A stretch of DNA of 64,000 nt from Lingula anatina (GCA_051362555.1 CM120649.1:9982001-10046000), one strand, 5' to 3'; positions 1 to 14,022 are shown, numbered from the stretch's first letter. The notes: generated from the sequence alone by a model not told the origin. Numbers and translations: made by a program.

Positions 1-110
1 GTCCGTTTTTTTCGTTCCCAACGATAAGTGTCGGACTTCAAAAAAGCGTGCAATTTTAAACAGAGCATTTAACAAATGTCTCATAGTTTTCATTGTTATA
101 TAAAGATAAA

Positions 111-247
111 ACAATGGCGGATCCAGGACATTTTAAAGGGGACAAGTGTTGACATTTGGGGCGTGATGAATTCTTTCGAGGACTTGATCATGTGAGTCCA
201 GAATGGGTCTCTCTCCTCGGGGAGGGCGGAGACTAGATCCACTATTG
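111..247. mobile_element. Degenerate MITE with GGCGGATCCAG-type TIRs
   Basis: ACAATGGCGGATCCAG vs CTAGATCCACTATTGT (imperfect inverted repeat). Confidence 0.55.
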
Positions 248-682
248 TTTTTTTTAAGAAGTTGAAAGATTTTGTTCGTTTCATTAAGATCAAACATAAG
301 ACCATTAATGTGGTAGACAGTTTATTTGTCAAGTCGAATAGATAAGAATGTTATATTTTTACACTTTTAAGTGAATTTAAATGCAGACATCAATCATATT
401 CTCACAGATATTTGCAGTAATAAAAAGACTTACGACAATGATGTTTTATAGATACATGTTTTATTAATAACTGAGTACAGTAAAATAAATTTGAATTGTT
501 CTTAATAAAAAACTTACTGAATATACAAAATGTCTTAGTGTTTTCCTGATGGCTACACGGCTCAGTGGTAGCCTGGGGTTGGGGTCCGATTTCTAGCTTG
601 GGCACTTTGGAATTACAAAGGGGTGCTATCAAAATTTTTCTTCGGTTACTATAAGAAGAAAGTCTGCCCGGGGAGGGTGGGT

Positions 683-757
683 GGGAACAGTTAGAGAAGT
701 AGTGAACGCGCTTGCCTCTGAGACAGAAGGTCCCCAGTTCGATTCCTGGCGCTTCTA
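683..757 (+). pseudogene. Degenerate tRNA-like sequence (paralog 55343-55417)
   Basis: B-box/T-arm CCAGTTCGATTCCTGG and loop CTCTGAG. Acceptor and anticodon stems pair poorly. Confidence 0.45.
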
Positions 758-3187
758 GGTCCTAGCAAATTACCTTTTACAAAAATACACCCAAATAAAC
801 AATTTAGACTACTACAAGAGGATCATACGAATGAGGAAAAAGTAAGTTGGGGCAGTGACTCAGTGGGTAAGGCGACAGACCAAGAAGGAGAAGAAGACTA
901 AGTTAATAGAAAAAGGTTCGGGTCGAGCTGAAGAAAAGAAAGTCGAGAATGATGTTTCGCACATTTTTTAAACTACATATCTTGCAACTTTTATGTACGT
1001 TTATTATAACAAATACAAGTAATTCCACTATACAGATGTATGCAAAACCCATACATTACGTTTTGGCTCTACATAAAAAGTAATTTTTATAACGACTTCG
1101 CATTTCGAGATGTAAATCGAGCTTAAATACAACTATCTATAACTAAATGTGTCGGAGGTTCTATGCATTTTGAAAATTGTCGCTCAAGATCAATCGTTTT
1201 GGTTTTGAAAAAGTGTTCAAGAACACTACATACGAGACGACATAATACTGACCAGAACAAGAAATTCTCAGGTTTTTGCTGCGACGAGAAAGTTGAAGAT
1301 TTGACGTGAAGTATTTTACAGCCATTGTTCAAAGTTGACATTGGTGTATTAGTCTTGTGACTGATACAAAATTTCGCCGAGGGGCATTTTTATCCAAAGG
1401 CAAAGGTGGTATCAAATTGAAAATTTAAAATGCATATGATCTCATGTAAGCGTTCCCCCCCGCACGCGGGTACACACTCATGACACCACAACTTCTATGT
1501 CGCCATGCTGATGATCACACACAACACCAAACAGCAGTCAAACATTATTCAATTATGCAAATTTGATGAGTGCTTTTCTCATAGATAAATAAATGTGTAC
1601 CTCATATTTTGCGTCATCTTTTCTTTTCTTTAAATCTTAAAATAGGATTTAGATGGCACAATTTTGAGTGAACAATTAAATGTATGCGTCGTGCGAATCA
1701 AGAACAACATGAAGACATGGTCAGTTTACAACCTTATCCTAGTCATAGTCATTTTTAAGAACAATTTGTAAACAAAATTGAAAAGGTATGCGAAAACCGG
1801 TTAAATTAAATCAACTAATCACATTTACTCAGAAAATGCTAATAGACTCAAAGATCTCTGGTGCTCGGTGATCAAGAAACATTCAGTAAAAATAACCCAA
1901 CAGCACTGCAGGACTGGCACCTAATCGGGCCTTTTGTTCTCAATCACCCCTTGATCCCGACCGCAAAACAGAATTAAGAAAGTACCAAGTGCAAGATCAA
2001 CATTAAATAAAACACTGAACTTCCAAGTTTGTGTAAAACTTACTCGAACCAATCAAAGTGTCATTTTTCTGATAATATTTTGACTTTTCATATTTGATTA
2101 GAAAAAAAAAATTACAAAAGAAAAAGGATTTTTAGACGATAAGTCAGTAAATTGGCGATTAACGGACCAATTACGTGTTTTTAGTGGATTGACAAAAGTT
2201 GACAGTCTACAAAAGTTCGTTTAATTACTAGGAAATAGCCATTACCCCAAAACAGATCTTTTCGACAACTGTAATTTTTTATACGAATTTGATAAGGATT
2301 TTTTAACATGTCAAGTTGTAAAAGATGCGATAAAAGCCAGTCCTACTTATACATTTTATTTGAAGCAAAAGGAAACAATTTCTACTATTCACTGTTTCTC
2401 TTTGTGAGGGTATCCGCCTTGTAATGAAGGTAAAAAGTTAATTTTCCTTCTTCAATAACAAAAACTTATTAATTTCCAAAAAAACTAACCCAACCCCTGG
2501 TTTGATTTTCTGAAAATACATAAATTTCCCTCCTCCCAGTAATAAAACTATAGGTCTATCACTGATCAGACACACTACTAGTACATCAAAACACCCGGAA
2601 CCAAAGGAAGTTTATTCTTACCATGCGTCATAACCGCATATTCACAATTTCAAAAAGACCCGTTTCAATACGTGTGGGCAATTCTGCAATAACTTGAGCA
2701 CATTTTACAATTTCATAAGTGTCATATTTGGCGTTTACAGTTAATTGTAGATTTACATCTCGTTCATTTTTTCCAAAGAACCCACAATAAAACTCTTGTA
2801 GGCATTTTACGTAATGGAGTCGCGACTAATTTTTTTCCTAAGTTAGCTTCATTAAAATCTATATTTGTATCCAATTTAATATGAATAAACATGCATTTTC
2901 GATTGCATAACAAAGCGTCTTATTACATATTTGCCCACACATATAATTTTACAGTAAAACATTAAATCGGTCGTAGGCTACTAGCACAGTGCTCTACCTG
3001 CACATCACTTAATGATAAATTTGCAATTAATTTTATTTTCATAGATCACTTAAGCAAGGGATTTTTTTGTTTTGTTTTAGGATAACTTCAAAAGTGTCGT
3101 TTCAGATTCGAAAACTGATGGGTATGTGTGCGGATAGAGCGCTGTATTACAGCTTATTTAGATATGTATAATAATAAACCAGCGACG

Positions 3188-3344
3188 TGCAGGGTTGACG
3201 CTTGGATTTAGTCCATTTTATTAGAAGTTTCATGAATAAACCACTCGTTACACGCTGCACTTCATTTGATACACGGTTTGATGCAGAATATTACAACCCA
3301 AACCAAACATTACATTTCAAACTAAATCAAACGTCAACCCTGCA
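3188..3344. mobile_element. Small MITE-like inverted repeat (paralog at ~57778-57929)
   Basis: TGCAGGGTTGACGCTTGGATTTAGT vs ACTAAATCAAACGTCAACCCTGCA. Confidence 0.6.
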
Positions 3345-5254
3345 AGTTGACTATACAACAAACGCAAGACAACGTTGACATGGGTGCGGGCGCTGGCGAA
3401 CACGAATCTGATGTCTTTGCTGGGAGTGCGTCCAATTTCATCGTAAGACGGTTGTTAAGAGACACTGAAAGTAAATGAAAAATGAAATAAATTATACGAA
3501 ATCCACATGCAAGAAACTATAGCTAATAATTTTTAAAGTGAAATATAATCTTTACACCGATCCATTTCAGTATGCATTAAGAGACACAGAAATCATATCA
3601 TAAGAATAGCTATGTACTAGGTAAATTGAACCTACACGTTCTATACAATAATAAACGACATTATTACTATTGCATGCCCTGTACATGTACACACTGTTAC
3701 ACGCCAGCATACTAATCTTTAATTCTTTCCATCTTTGCTAAGCCATATCCCTCCACGAGGAGTATTTTGATGGAGACTGCATATTTGCCCACATAGATAA
3801 TTTTACCATAAAAACAGAAAACCGGCCGTAAAAACTTTATATATTTGCGGAATTAAAAGTAGATAAATATAAACATTTGACAGAAAGCCTAGTTTTGATA
3901 ATGATAATTCAGGATTTTGTAAATGCGGGAACCGGAGTTACCATGTAGTAATATGAAATTGTTTCGGTTCTGTAGGATAACATAAAACACAAAGACAATT
4001 AACATGTGGTTTACAGAGCACAGGGATGCAGAAAGTGTTTGGTCTTTCTCTTGCTTTATTTATACATTATATTGCTTATTTTGTGAGTAGTCTGACATAA
4101 ATTCAGCATTTTATTGCTACATGTGATTAATTTAAATGTGATCACTTTAATAGACAGAAAAATAATGATTTTACCAATTACTTTATTCCGATTAACCCAC
4201 TTAAATAATTTCGTAATCCAAACGCTAACATTTTAGCTCAATTTCTTTTAAAATCAGATACTTTGTTCGAGCATTTTATTCCAGATTGTAATATAAAGGA
4301 TGGTATGAAATTGAAATCATGAAAATTGAAGTCAACGGAGGTTGACAGTGCTCAGCAAATAAATATACGTTCGCTTTCCTGGTCGCGGCTAGTTCTGTAG
4401 AAAACCACCGGTTTATTGTTAATAAACAGTATATATTTGCACAAGCCGCTGTTGCAAGATGAAAAAGGCACCCATTGGGAGCTGAGAATGTACCGGTAGT
4501 TACCTGCTTTGTCGTCTTGCTTTGTTTAAGACGAATAACGAGTTCAGACCTTTGGACGGCTGGAATAATCTTCTCACTTCTCTATGAACAAATGCTTTCC
4601 TTCTGGAAAAAGCAACATAAGAAGTTATTTAACTTTTCAAGCTCATTTTGGAGTTTATGTCAATCAAATATATCTAAGAGCCATTACTCCTGAACTGAAG
4701 AGGAATAAGCATTCTTTCTGATAAAATATCGTCAACATAAACCGATCAGTGTTGCCTTATATCATGTATACAGTACTTACAACAAACTACATCAGTTCTT
4801 AGTGCCAAAATTCCAGTCTACGTGTGGTAATCGTGGCAATGTGGCATATGAAGCTTCTTCCTCTTCCTACTGACCTTGGTCCTATCTGAATACCTCTCAC
4901 AAAAGTGCTCACCTGGTTACATAATAGTATCACTGTCGTGGGATTGTGTTAGAGAAGACACTTAACGCAATCTATCAGGTTATTGCACAAACAAACCATC
5001 TTGTTTTGTCCAAAGACTTTCACCCCAAATGAATGAGGTTATTATTATTATTATTATTAACGCATCCCAATTAAAACATGCTGTCGCCTATTGCTATAGC
5101 ACTGTAAATATTTAACACTAGAGTTGTGGCGACTAAGGTTTGTACAGGTATTTCTAACATTTTTATTTCTTAAAAAAGTGCTTTGTTTTTTCTTTTAAAG
5201 ACGCATAACAAAGAAGAAAGCCGCTCTGTACATTCTCTGTAACACAGAGAATGT

Positions 5255-5475
5255 ACAAGGCAGCAATTTATTATTATTATCATTGATTATTGATTGATTA
5301 TTGGTCCGGATCACCACCAAAACTAATCACTTCTAAGTTAACCCATTTCCCACCTACCCTGAAAATTTCATCAAAATCGGTCCTTAACTTTTTGAGTTAT
5401 GTTGATGACAAACAAAAAAACAAACAAACAAACAGACAGACAGGGGTGAAAAAATAACCTCCTTGGCGGATGTAC
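5255..5475 (-). mobile_element. Short Helentron-type element, second family, truncated inverted copy
   Basis: Reverse-complement similarity to 5829-6130: (CAAA/CAGA)n, GGGGTGAAAAAATAACCTCCTTGGCGGA, CCGGATCACCACCAAAACTAATCA. Confidence 0.7.
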
Positions 5476-5828
5476 AATGTAATTAATCTGTCAATCAGCC
5501 GGACAAAAGCTTTAAAACTGCACATTTATTATATTTCTGGGCGCAAACTTGATACTCTTATCCGTTCCTCTAGTTCTGAAACCCGAGTTGTTTCTTGAAT
5601 TTATACTATATGAAACTATACATGGTGGCATTTGGTCGAATTTATTGGCAATAATTTGACAAGTTTTTAAAAAATCTGACTAGATAAAGTTGACCTTTCA
5701 ATATATTAGTAGAAATATGAAGTGAATATCATCATAAAAATAGTAAAAATACATTATATACTGTGTTTTTATCTTTTGGTGATAATTAAATAGCAAAGTC
5801 AAGATTATGCTAGTAGGAGTCATGTTTA

Positions 5829-6130
5829 ATTACCTCCGCCAAGGAGGTTATGTTTTCACCCCTGTTTGTTTGTTTGTCTGTCTGCCTGTCTGTCATCAAC
5901 ATAACTCAAAAAGTTATGGACTGATTTTGATGAAATTTTCAGGAACTGTCAGAAGTGGGCCAAGGAACAGATGATTAGTTTTTGGTGGTGATCCGGATCA
6001 ATAATCAATCAATAATCAAAATTCAAAAAACTAAATCATTATAGAATGAAAATTTAGGGGTGAAACGGCATTGGGTGGAGACTTTGCTGCCTTGGCGGAG
6101 GTCTGCACTCTCGGAGTGCTTTTCTAGTTT
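5829..6130 (+). mobile_element. Short non-autonomous Helentron-type element, second family
   Basis: 5' TTACCTCCGCCAAGGAGGTTA plus (TTTG/TCTG)n microsatellite. 3' inverted CCTTGGCGGAGGT, hairpin GCACTC-tcg-GAGTGC, then CTAGTTT. Confidence 0.8.
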
Positions 6131-6694
6131 ACCATAATCCTAGATTTCATTACTGTTTTTGATACATCCTGAAAATAATCTTAAATTTTAGTGGTGGGTA
6201 TGGCTTTGCATAAGTGATTTAGTGAATGAATTTAAAGGGTTCATTAGTAATTTTTTCCTTTACAGGTTGTTAAACTTATATTGCTCTTGACTTTTTCTCA
6301 TACTTTGAGCGAGGTAAACACCATTGTTTGTTAGAAAAATATACTTTATAACTAGCTTTTCGTAACATAATTGATTTGTTTGTTGGACTAATTTGGCAGT
6401 TTGTTTTCAAAGCAAAAGCTAAAACCGCATATGCCCAAATCTGAATAGATTTTAATTTGGCCTAGGGTGATTTAAAATCTGGATGGATTTCTATCTGGCC
6501 TGCGACATAAATATAGTTCATATGACAATAAAATTCTATTAAAACATAGATTCTTTCTTATTGATGGTTATAAAAGTAAAATGTGTATTAAAGTATTTTG
6601 TTTGTATAATTGTCAATGGCAGTACATGTATCTTGAATCGGTACATTAAACACTTTTTAAATGATGAGTTTTTTACACACTAAAATAGCATAAT

Positions 6695-7020
6695 CCCGAA
6701 GAAATTTAGTTTGCTGTGCACTCAACACACACAACTTATATTAAAATTTTAAAGTTTCCTGTACATTTGTGGCAAACTCCTGATCAAATTTTAAGTTTAC
6801 TGCACACTGTCCTCATGCTTCTATTGAAATACCAAGTCTCTTGCACACTTTCTGCACACTGTTTGTACTCATGGAAGTGTGCAGTAGGTGTGCAGCAAGA
6901 TTTTTACTGCACACTTCTGCACGCTCCCCACAGCTGTCTACTGCACACTCTAGAGTGTGCTGTACATGTGCAGTAAATTTGCAGCACATGTGCTGCACAC
7001 TTTTTAAATTTTGCTAAGGG
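6695..7020. mobile_element. Probable CACTA/EnSpm-like non-autonomous element (CCC...GGG termini)
   Basis: CCCGAAGAAATT ... AATTTTGCTAAGGG with many internal TGCACAC/GTGTGCA motifs in both orientations. TSD not clean. Confidence 0.5.
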
Positions 7021-8605
7021 TTACTAATCTATGTATTTCTGTCATGGTAGATCTTAGTTATTTGATTTATATGTAAAATATGCTTATAATTTATTGTCCC
7101 GTCCCTATTAATGCTATGTTTATCAAGCAACAGGTACTCTACATGCATTGTCACTACAATGTTAAACAATTTTTTAAAATAATAATAATTCCAAGATTGA
7201 AGAAATGGTTGATTTACAAAGATTTATTGTGAAACAAATTTTCCTTTGCTCAGTACAAATACAAACAATGTCTACGTCTATGTATACATTAGAATTGGTT
7301 GTTCAAGAATGAACTATATACAATATACAGGTAAATCTAAGGGCAATCTAAGGGCACAAACAGACATCCAATTAATATCAAACATTTGAAAACATATTCC
7401 CTTTCCCACCTGATAGTGTAAAGCAAGATCAAGGCAAATGTTTATTAAGTCCTTTGGTTTGTTCTAGTGGTTTGTTGTATTCAGTCTCTGTTTATGCTGT
7501 CCTTGGTACAGAGTGATCAGTCTTAAAAGATTTCCAAACAGCAGTGGTTACTGTATATAGTTTGTATCCAACACCTCACACATAATGTCCGTAATATCCT
7601 TTGCACTGGTAAGATTAATAAAGAGAGTATTCAAATCCATTCCATAAATACATTCCTTTTGACATTTACACTTCCATCAAGGTCATAAATATACAGATTG
7701 GCCTGTGCTGAATTGCATATATTTGCAGCAATTGTACCAACTGAAGTATATGATAGACCTCTTGTTGAGCAGGTATTTTAACTTAAAAGTAGATACTGGA
7801 ACCACATTGCGAATGGTTGAACACACTTTTTTACTATTCAGATTACATGTTACAAAGAGAATCTATGCATGTCAAATCCCAGATAGTTTGGCTTTAAAAC
7901 ACCCCAATGAACTTATTTTCCAAGTGAAAATTAATTACTGTGGTTACTAGTTCTAAGTAAAATAGTGTACGCTAAATTAAAAATATTTTTCACACTAGAC
8001 CTACAATTATTATTATTATCCACATATCAATACATCTACATGATTCCTGTAATAATAAGAGTTGGAGCCAACTGTGTTGGACCTATAACACAGTTTTAAC
8101 ATTGCTTACAAGGCAAAAGTAATATCTGAATTTTCTGATATAAATTTAAAGCTACAGGCGGACAAAAATAAAATCTCTAAATCACATAAGAGAGTGGTCA
8201 TGACCATTTAAAACCTAAAAATCTAAACAAAAAAAAAAAAAAAAAAAAACTGAAAAAAAAAAAAAAAAAAACACTTTGGCTTGGTCATGGTGTTTTCCAA
8301 ACCTCTGAAAAGGACAAAACAATTGGTTATGTTGGTACACTACAAAAATTATGTCAGGGGACAGGGTGTGAATTCTTTAACTACACATTTGTTGTATTAC
8401 CACTACCAAGCAACGTTCAGTAAAACCTACATGCAATATCCTAACTTGAAACTGTTCAGCTAATATTTTCAGTATATCAAGAAGCAATTAACAATTAGTT
8501 ACCATACGATTTAGTGACAGGTTTTCTATTCATAAATTCTATTGTTACAGTATGCAATTATGCAAGCAGGAATGTAGCCTTACTTTAACTACATCAGCAA
8601 ACTTA

Positions 8606-8867
8606 GGGACCATTCCCACAGATATTTGGATTGATCTATCTCCCTGGGGAGTCTCACTAAATTGCTATCAAACTAACCTTAAACGTAACCGTAACCGTAA
8701 ACGTCTGTCACACCTAGTAAAACTGTTAGGGGGTAATTACCTTTACCGCTAGCTGATTCGGTAAGTGTGACAGACATTTAAGCCTCTTGAGCTGACTGCA
8801 ATTTAGCGTGAATCCCCAGGAAGTTAGGTCGATCCAGATAGATCGATCTAAGTATGAGAACCCAGTC
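8606..8867. mobile_element. PIF/Harbinger-like MITE
   Basis: Flanked by TTA...TTA. Imperfect long inverted arms (GGGACCATTCCCA / TGAGAACCCAGTC; CACTAAATTGC / GCAATTTAGCG). Related to 16323 and 50621. Confidence 0.7.
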
Positions 8868-9688
8868 TTAGCCTAGATGGAGTCATGCATAGATGGAATA
8901 AGTAACTAACCTTCTGTGTATGGTTTCAAGTGAATATAACTAAGGCACCTTGGTTTTAAGCTCTTTCCCTTCCATTCTGCTTCTGGTCCATTTTTTTTTT
9001 ACCCTAGAAGTATTACATGTATTATGAGAATTGTATGCAAGCAAGCCACAGTGGTACTAGAGAGCTTTGATAATGTATATTTTGACATGCTGAATTGCTA
9101 GCTACATTTTATTTTGCACCCACCCCCAATATACTACTAATATCTGTATCTTTAAGTCAAAATTAAGAAATAACAACTGTTCGTATGCAATTAATATTTC
9201 ACAATAAAAACATTGTAAATATTTCCTAGAATTATAATGAATAACACTTTACCACCAAAACAGTGATTATTACTATTATTCTTGAATCTGTGCTTGCCAT
9301 CTGACAAGATGGACCTTCATGATATGATTCTTAAAAAAACATGGACTATACTAACTTTGAATGTCAGAATGGAGTCATTAACAGTATAGAAAATTGTTTA
9401 CCCTAGGAAAATCTGGTTTTTGGACAAAATGAACAGTTGTTCTTCCTTTGAATTTAATTTTAATCAAAATTGTATGAAATATGACAAAAATATATGCACT
9501 GAATAAGTGAACAAGTGGATGATGATTATGATTTACCTGTATGGTCCAATCCAATCTGTCTCTAGCTTGCCACTTTTCTACCCAACCTTATGAAAGTTTT
9601 TCTGCAGAACTTTCATTCCCCATTCTAATTGAAATACTACCACATTCTTTCCTTCCTTTGCCTCATACTATCTCTTGTTCTTTGGATG

Positions 9689-12600
9689 ATAATTTTGACA
9701 AATCTTGTCAAATATTTCTGAAATTTTTACAAATGATACTTAACAACAATAAAAATCTGTCATAAGCCGATCAGTTGACTGTGTCTAATGAAAAGTATTT
9801 TCTTTGGACTATATATTTGAGAAAACTGAAAATTACACTGAAAACACTGGCAAATTCCATGATTTAAAATAGTTAAACGTTAATAATTTTGACAAATCTT
9901 GTCCAATGTTTCTGAAATCTGTACAAATGATGCTTAACAACAATAAAAGTCTGTGATAAGCTGATCAGTTGTCTGTGTCTTTTTTTAAGTGTTAAGTTTA
10001 TTGGAAATTGATAATCAGAAGTGTGAGAATTGACCAAAACAAATATTTCAATATTGCAATGTATTATTTACTATCGAAGCTAGAAATGGCATATGTGATG
10101 ACTTGAGTTTGTTTGTGTAGAAGGTTGCAAGTTACCTATAGCTGTCATCTGGAAAGCAATATATACCCATACAAGACTTCTCCTTACTATCAATGTCAGA
10201 TGCAGATTACTCCTCACAATGGGTTTCTGGAATGGATTGTTGTTAGCACAATATTTGACAATGTCCTAAATCTTGCCACATATCATGTATTGTACACATG
10301 AATAAGACAGAGTGCTGCTCTTGATGCTGTCTTAAACTTCACTGCCTGCTTTTTCATGGTAAAGGTACTCTGGAAAAAGAACAATATAACTGAAAAAACT
10401 GTAAATTACATTGAAAACACTGGCAAATTCCATGACTTAAAATAGTTAAACGTTAATAATTTTATCAAATCTTGTCAAATATATCTGAAATTTTTACAAA
10501 TGATACTTAACAACAATAAAAATCTGTGATAATCTGATCAGTTGACTGTGTGACTAATGAAAAGTATTTTCTTTGGACAATTTATTTGAGAAAACTGAAA
10601 ATTGCACTGAAAACACTGGCAAATTCCATGATTTAAAATAGTTAAACGTTAATAATTTTGTCAAATCTTGTCCAATATTTCTGATATTTTAACAAATGAT
10701 GCTTGACATCAATGAAAATCTGTGATAATCTGATCAGTTGACTGTGTGTCTAATGAAAAGTATTTTCCATGGACGATATATTTGAGAAAAATGAAAATTA
10801 AACTGAAAACACTTGCAAATTCCATGACTTAAAATAGTTAAATGTTAATAATTTTGACAAATCTTGTCCAATGTTTCTGAATTTGCACAAATGATGCTTA
10901 ACAACAATAAAAATCTGTGATAAGCTGATCAGTTGACTGTGTCTAACGAATAGTATTTTCTTTGTACAATATATAAGAGAAAACTCAAAATTACACTGAA
11001 AAGAAAATGGCAAATTTCATGACTTAAAATAGTTAAACGCTAATAATTTTGCCAAATCTCGTCCAATGTTTCTGAAATCTGTACAAATGATGCTTGACAA
11101 CAATAAAAGTCTCTGAAAAGCTGATCAGTTGTCAACGTCAAATGAAAAGTGTTCTTTGGGGCAATATATTTTGGAAAACAGAAAACTATCACAAAAACAC
11201 TGGCAAATTCCATGGCTCAAAATAGTTAAACATAAATAATTTTGTCAAATCTTGTCCTATACTTCTGAAATTTGCACAAAAGAAGCTTAACAATAATAAA
11301 AATCTGTGATAAGCTAATCAGTTGACTGTGTTTTTTTAAGTGCCCAGTTTATTGGAAATTGATAATCAGAAGTGTGAGAATTGACCAAAACAAATATTTC
11401 AATATTGCAATGTATTATTCGCTATCAAAGAAAACAGCAAATGTGATGATTTGAGTTTGTTTGTGTAGGAGGTTGCAAGTTACCTGTAACTGTCATCTGG
11501 AAAACAATATACACCCATACAAGACTTCTCCTTACTATCAATGTCAGATGCAGATTACTCCTCACAATGGGTTTCTGGAATGGATTGTTGTTAGCACAAT
11601 ATTTGACAATGTCCTAAATCTTGCCACATGTCATGTATTGTACACATAAATAAGACCTAGTTCTGCTCTTGCTGCTGTCTTTCACTGCCTGCTTTTTCAT
11701 GGTAAGGGTACTCTGGAAAGAAAGAACAATAAACTTCAGAAAACTGAAAATTACATTGAAAAAACTGGCAAAACCCATGACTTAAAATAGTTAAACGCTA
11801 ATAATTTTGCCAAATCTCGTCCAATGTTTCTGAAATCTGTACAAATGATGCTTGACAACAATAAAAGTCTCTGAAAAGCTGATCAGTTGTCAACGTCAAA
11901 TGAAAAGTGTTCTTTGGGGCAATATATTTTGGAAAACAGAAAACTATCACAAAAACACTGGCAAATTCCATGGCTCAAAATAGTTAAACATAAATAATTT
12001 TGTCAAATCTTGTCCTATACTTCTGAAATTTGCACAAAAGAAGCTTAACAACAATAAAAATCTGTGATAAGCTAATCAGTTGACTGTGTTTTTTTAAGTG
12101 CCAAGTTTATTGGAAATTGATAATCAGAAGTGTGAGAATTGACCAAAACAAATATTTCAATATTGCAATGTATTATTTGCTATCAAAGAAAACAGCAAAT
12201 GTGATGATTTGAGTTTGTTTGTGTAGGAGGTTGCAAGTTACCTATAGCTGTCATCTGGAAAACAATATATATCCATACAAGACTCCTCCTTACTATTAAT
12301 GTCAGATGCAGATTACTCCTCACAATGAGTTTCTGGAATGGATTGTTGTTAGCACAATATTTGACAATATCCTAAATCTTGCCACATGTAATGTATTGCA
12401 CACATGAATAAGACCTAGTTCTGCTCTTGCTGCTGTCTTTCACTGCCTGCTTTTTCATGGTAAGGGTACTCTGGAAAGAAAGAACAATAAACTTCAGAAA
12501 ACTGAAAATTACACTGAAAAAACTGGCAAACCTCATGACTTAAAATAGTTAAACGTTAATAATTTTGCCAAATCTTGTCCAATATTTCTGATATTTTAAC

Positions 12601-12800
12601 AAATGATGCTTAAGATCAATAAAAATCTGATAATCTGATCAGTTGACTGTGTGTCAGTGTGTCACTTGACCTATAGCTGTCATCTGGAAAACATCAGAAC
12701 AATATAACTGAGAAAATTGAAAATTACATTGAAAAGACTGGCAAATTGCATGACTTAAAATAGTTATACATTAATAATTTTGTCAAATCTGGTCTAATGC
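9689..12800. repeat. Satellite array, ~195-bp monomer with interspersed ~400-bp module (higher-order repeat)
   Basis: TAGTTAAA anchors at 10443, 10639, 10835, 11030 and 11223 (period 193-196). The ~400-bp module starts at ~9980, ~11330 and ~12088. Confidence 0.93.
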
Positions 12801-12952
12801 TTCAGAAATTTGTACAAATTAAGCTTTACACTACAGCACTACTGATTCAAAAATTCACTGAAATATTAAAAGATCCACAATACAATGTGATCTACGGAAG
12901 AGCATTTAATAAATGAATATTATGTTGTTACTTGACCATTTTGAAAATTAAT

Positions 12953-13570
12953 CTGGAGTCAATGTGTTCCATTGTATCAGTATAGTTCTGTGCCTCCTAG
13001 TACAGTGTAGTATTCATGGGTCACTGTGTTCCATTGTGGTAGTATACGTAGTCCTGTGCCTCCTAGTACAGTGAAGTAGTCATGACTCATTGTGCTCCAT
13101 TGTGGCAGTATAGTCCTGTGCCTCCTGGTACAGTGTAGTAGTCTGGAGTCATTGTATTCCATTATGTCAGTATAGTCCTGTGCCTCCTAGTACAGTGTAG
13201 TAGTCTGGAGTCATTGTATTCCATTGTGGCAGTATAGTTCTGTGTCTCCTAGTACAGTGTAGTAGTCTGGAGTCATTGTGTTCCATTGTGGCAGTATAGT
13301 TCTGTGTCTCCTAGTACAGTGTAGTAGTCTGGAGTCATTGTATTCCATTGTGTCAGTATAGTCCTGTGTCTCCTAGTATAGTGTAGTAGTCTGGAGTCAT
13401 TGTGTTCCATCGTGTCAGTATAGTCCTGTCTCCTAGTACAGTGTAGTCTGGAGTCATTGTATTCCATTGTGTCAGTATAGTCCTGTGTCTCCTAGTATAG
13501 TGTAGTAGTCTGGAGTCATTGTATTACATTGTGGCAGTACAGTCTTATGTCTCTTAGTACAGTGTAGTAG
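12953..13570. repeat. 62-bp minisatellite, ~10 units
   Basis: Unit GTCTGGAGTCATTGTATTCCATTGTGGCAGTATAGTCCTGTGCCTCCTAGTACAGTGTAGTA, with starts at 13141, 13203 and 13265. Confidence 0.95.
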
Positions 13571-14022
13571 ACTTAAGTCAGATGATGGACTGGAAGAGAT
13601 AAAAAAACTCAGTGGTCAGAAATTTTCCACAAAAAGTTCAAGAGTCTGAGAGTATTGACAATTTATTACTTTCGTTCAACAAAAAAAAAAAACGTGAATG
13701 AATGTGTAAAAAAAATTATCTTACAAAATAAAGTGTTGTTGTTGGTTACAGCCGAGGCATACACTACTATACTAGTGCTGGTAATACAGAAGACAGGTGG
13801 ATTTCCTGTCGTCACTGAAACTCGGGATGTGCTAATACATGTTAGTGATGGCAGAAACTAAAAGACAGAAAACCAGAACAACAGAACAGTAGAACAGACT
13901 AAATGCGGAATACAGTAAAAAGTGGAACGTGTATCAAATACATTGTGGAACAAGGGAATATTATTTATGTGATGCTAAAAGAAAAACAAGACAAATATAA
14001 ATATATTGAGTTATTACTATTA

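Larger units (their letters stand above)
281..5240 (+). repeat. Older segmental duplication, left copy (paralog of ~54918-63635)
   Basis: Colinear similarity throughout with many substitutions and indels, e.g. 1431-1520 vs 56057-56145, 3379-3500 vs 57964-58090, 4468-4650 vs 61918-62105. Confidence 0.9.

Noticed and set aside
683-757. Functional tRNA-Gln(CTG)
   Set aside because: Acceptor and anticodon stems do not pair and the T-stem lacks a base; kept only as a tRNA-like remnant.
2622-2683. Exon reading NCPHVLKRVFLKL-TGA with insulin-B-chain-like Cys spacing or selenocysteine
   Set aside because: Requires reading TGA as Cys or Sec. No signal peptide, A chain or SECIS was identified, so the match is at chance level.
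7400-7830. Possible decayed coding fragment on the minus strand
   Set aside because: Short broken frames with no recognisable motif.
12953-13570. CRISPR-like regular array
   Set aside because: Units are contiguous 62-bp near-identical repeats with no unique spacers, there are no cas genes, and the context is eukaryotic.
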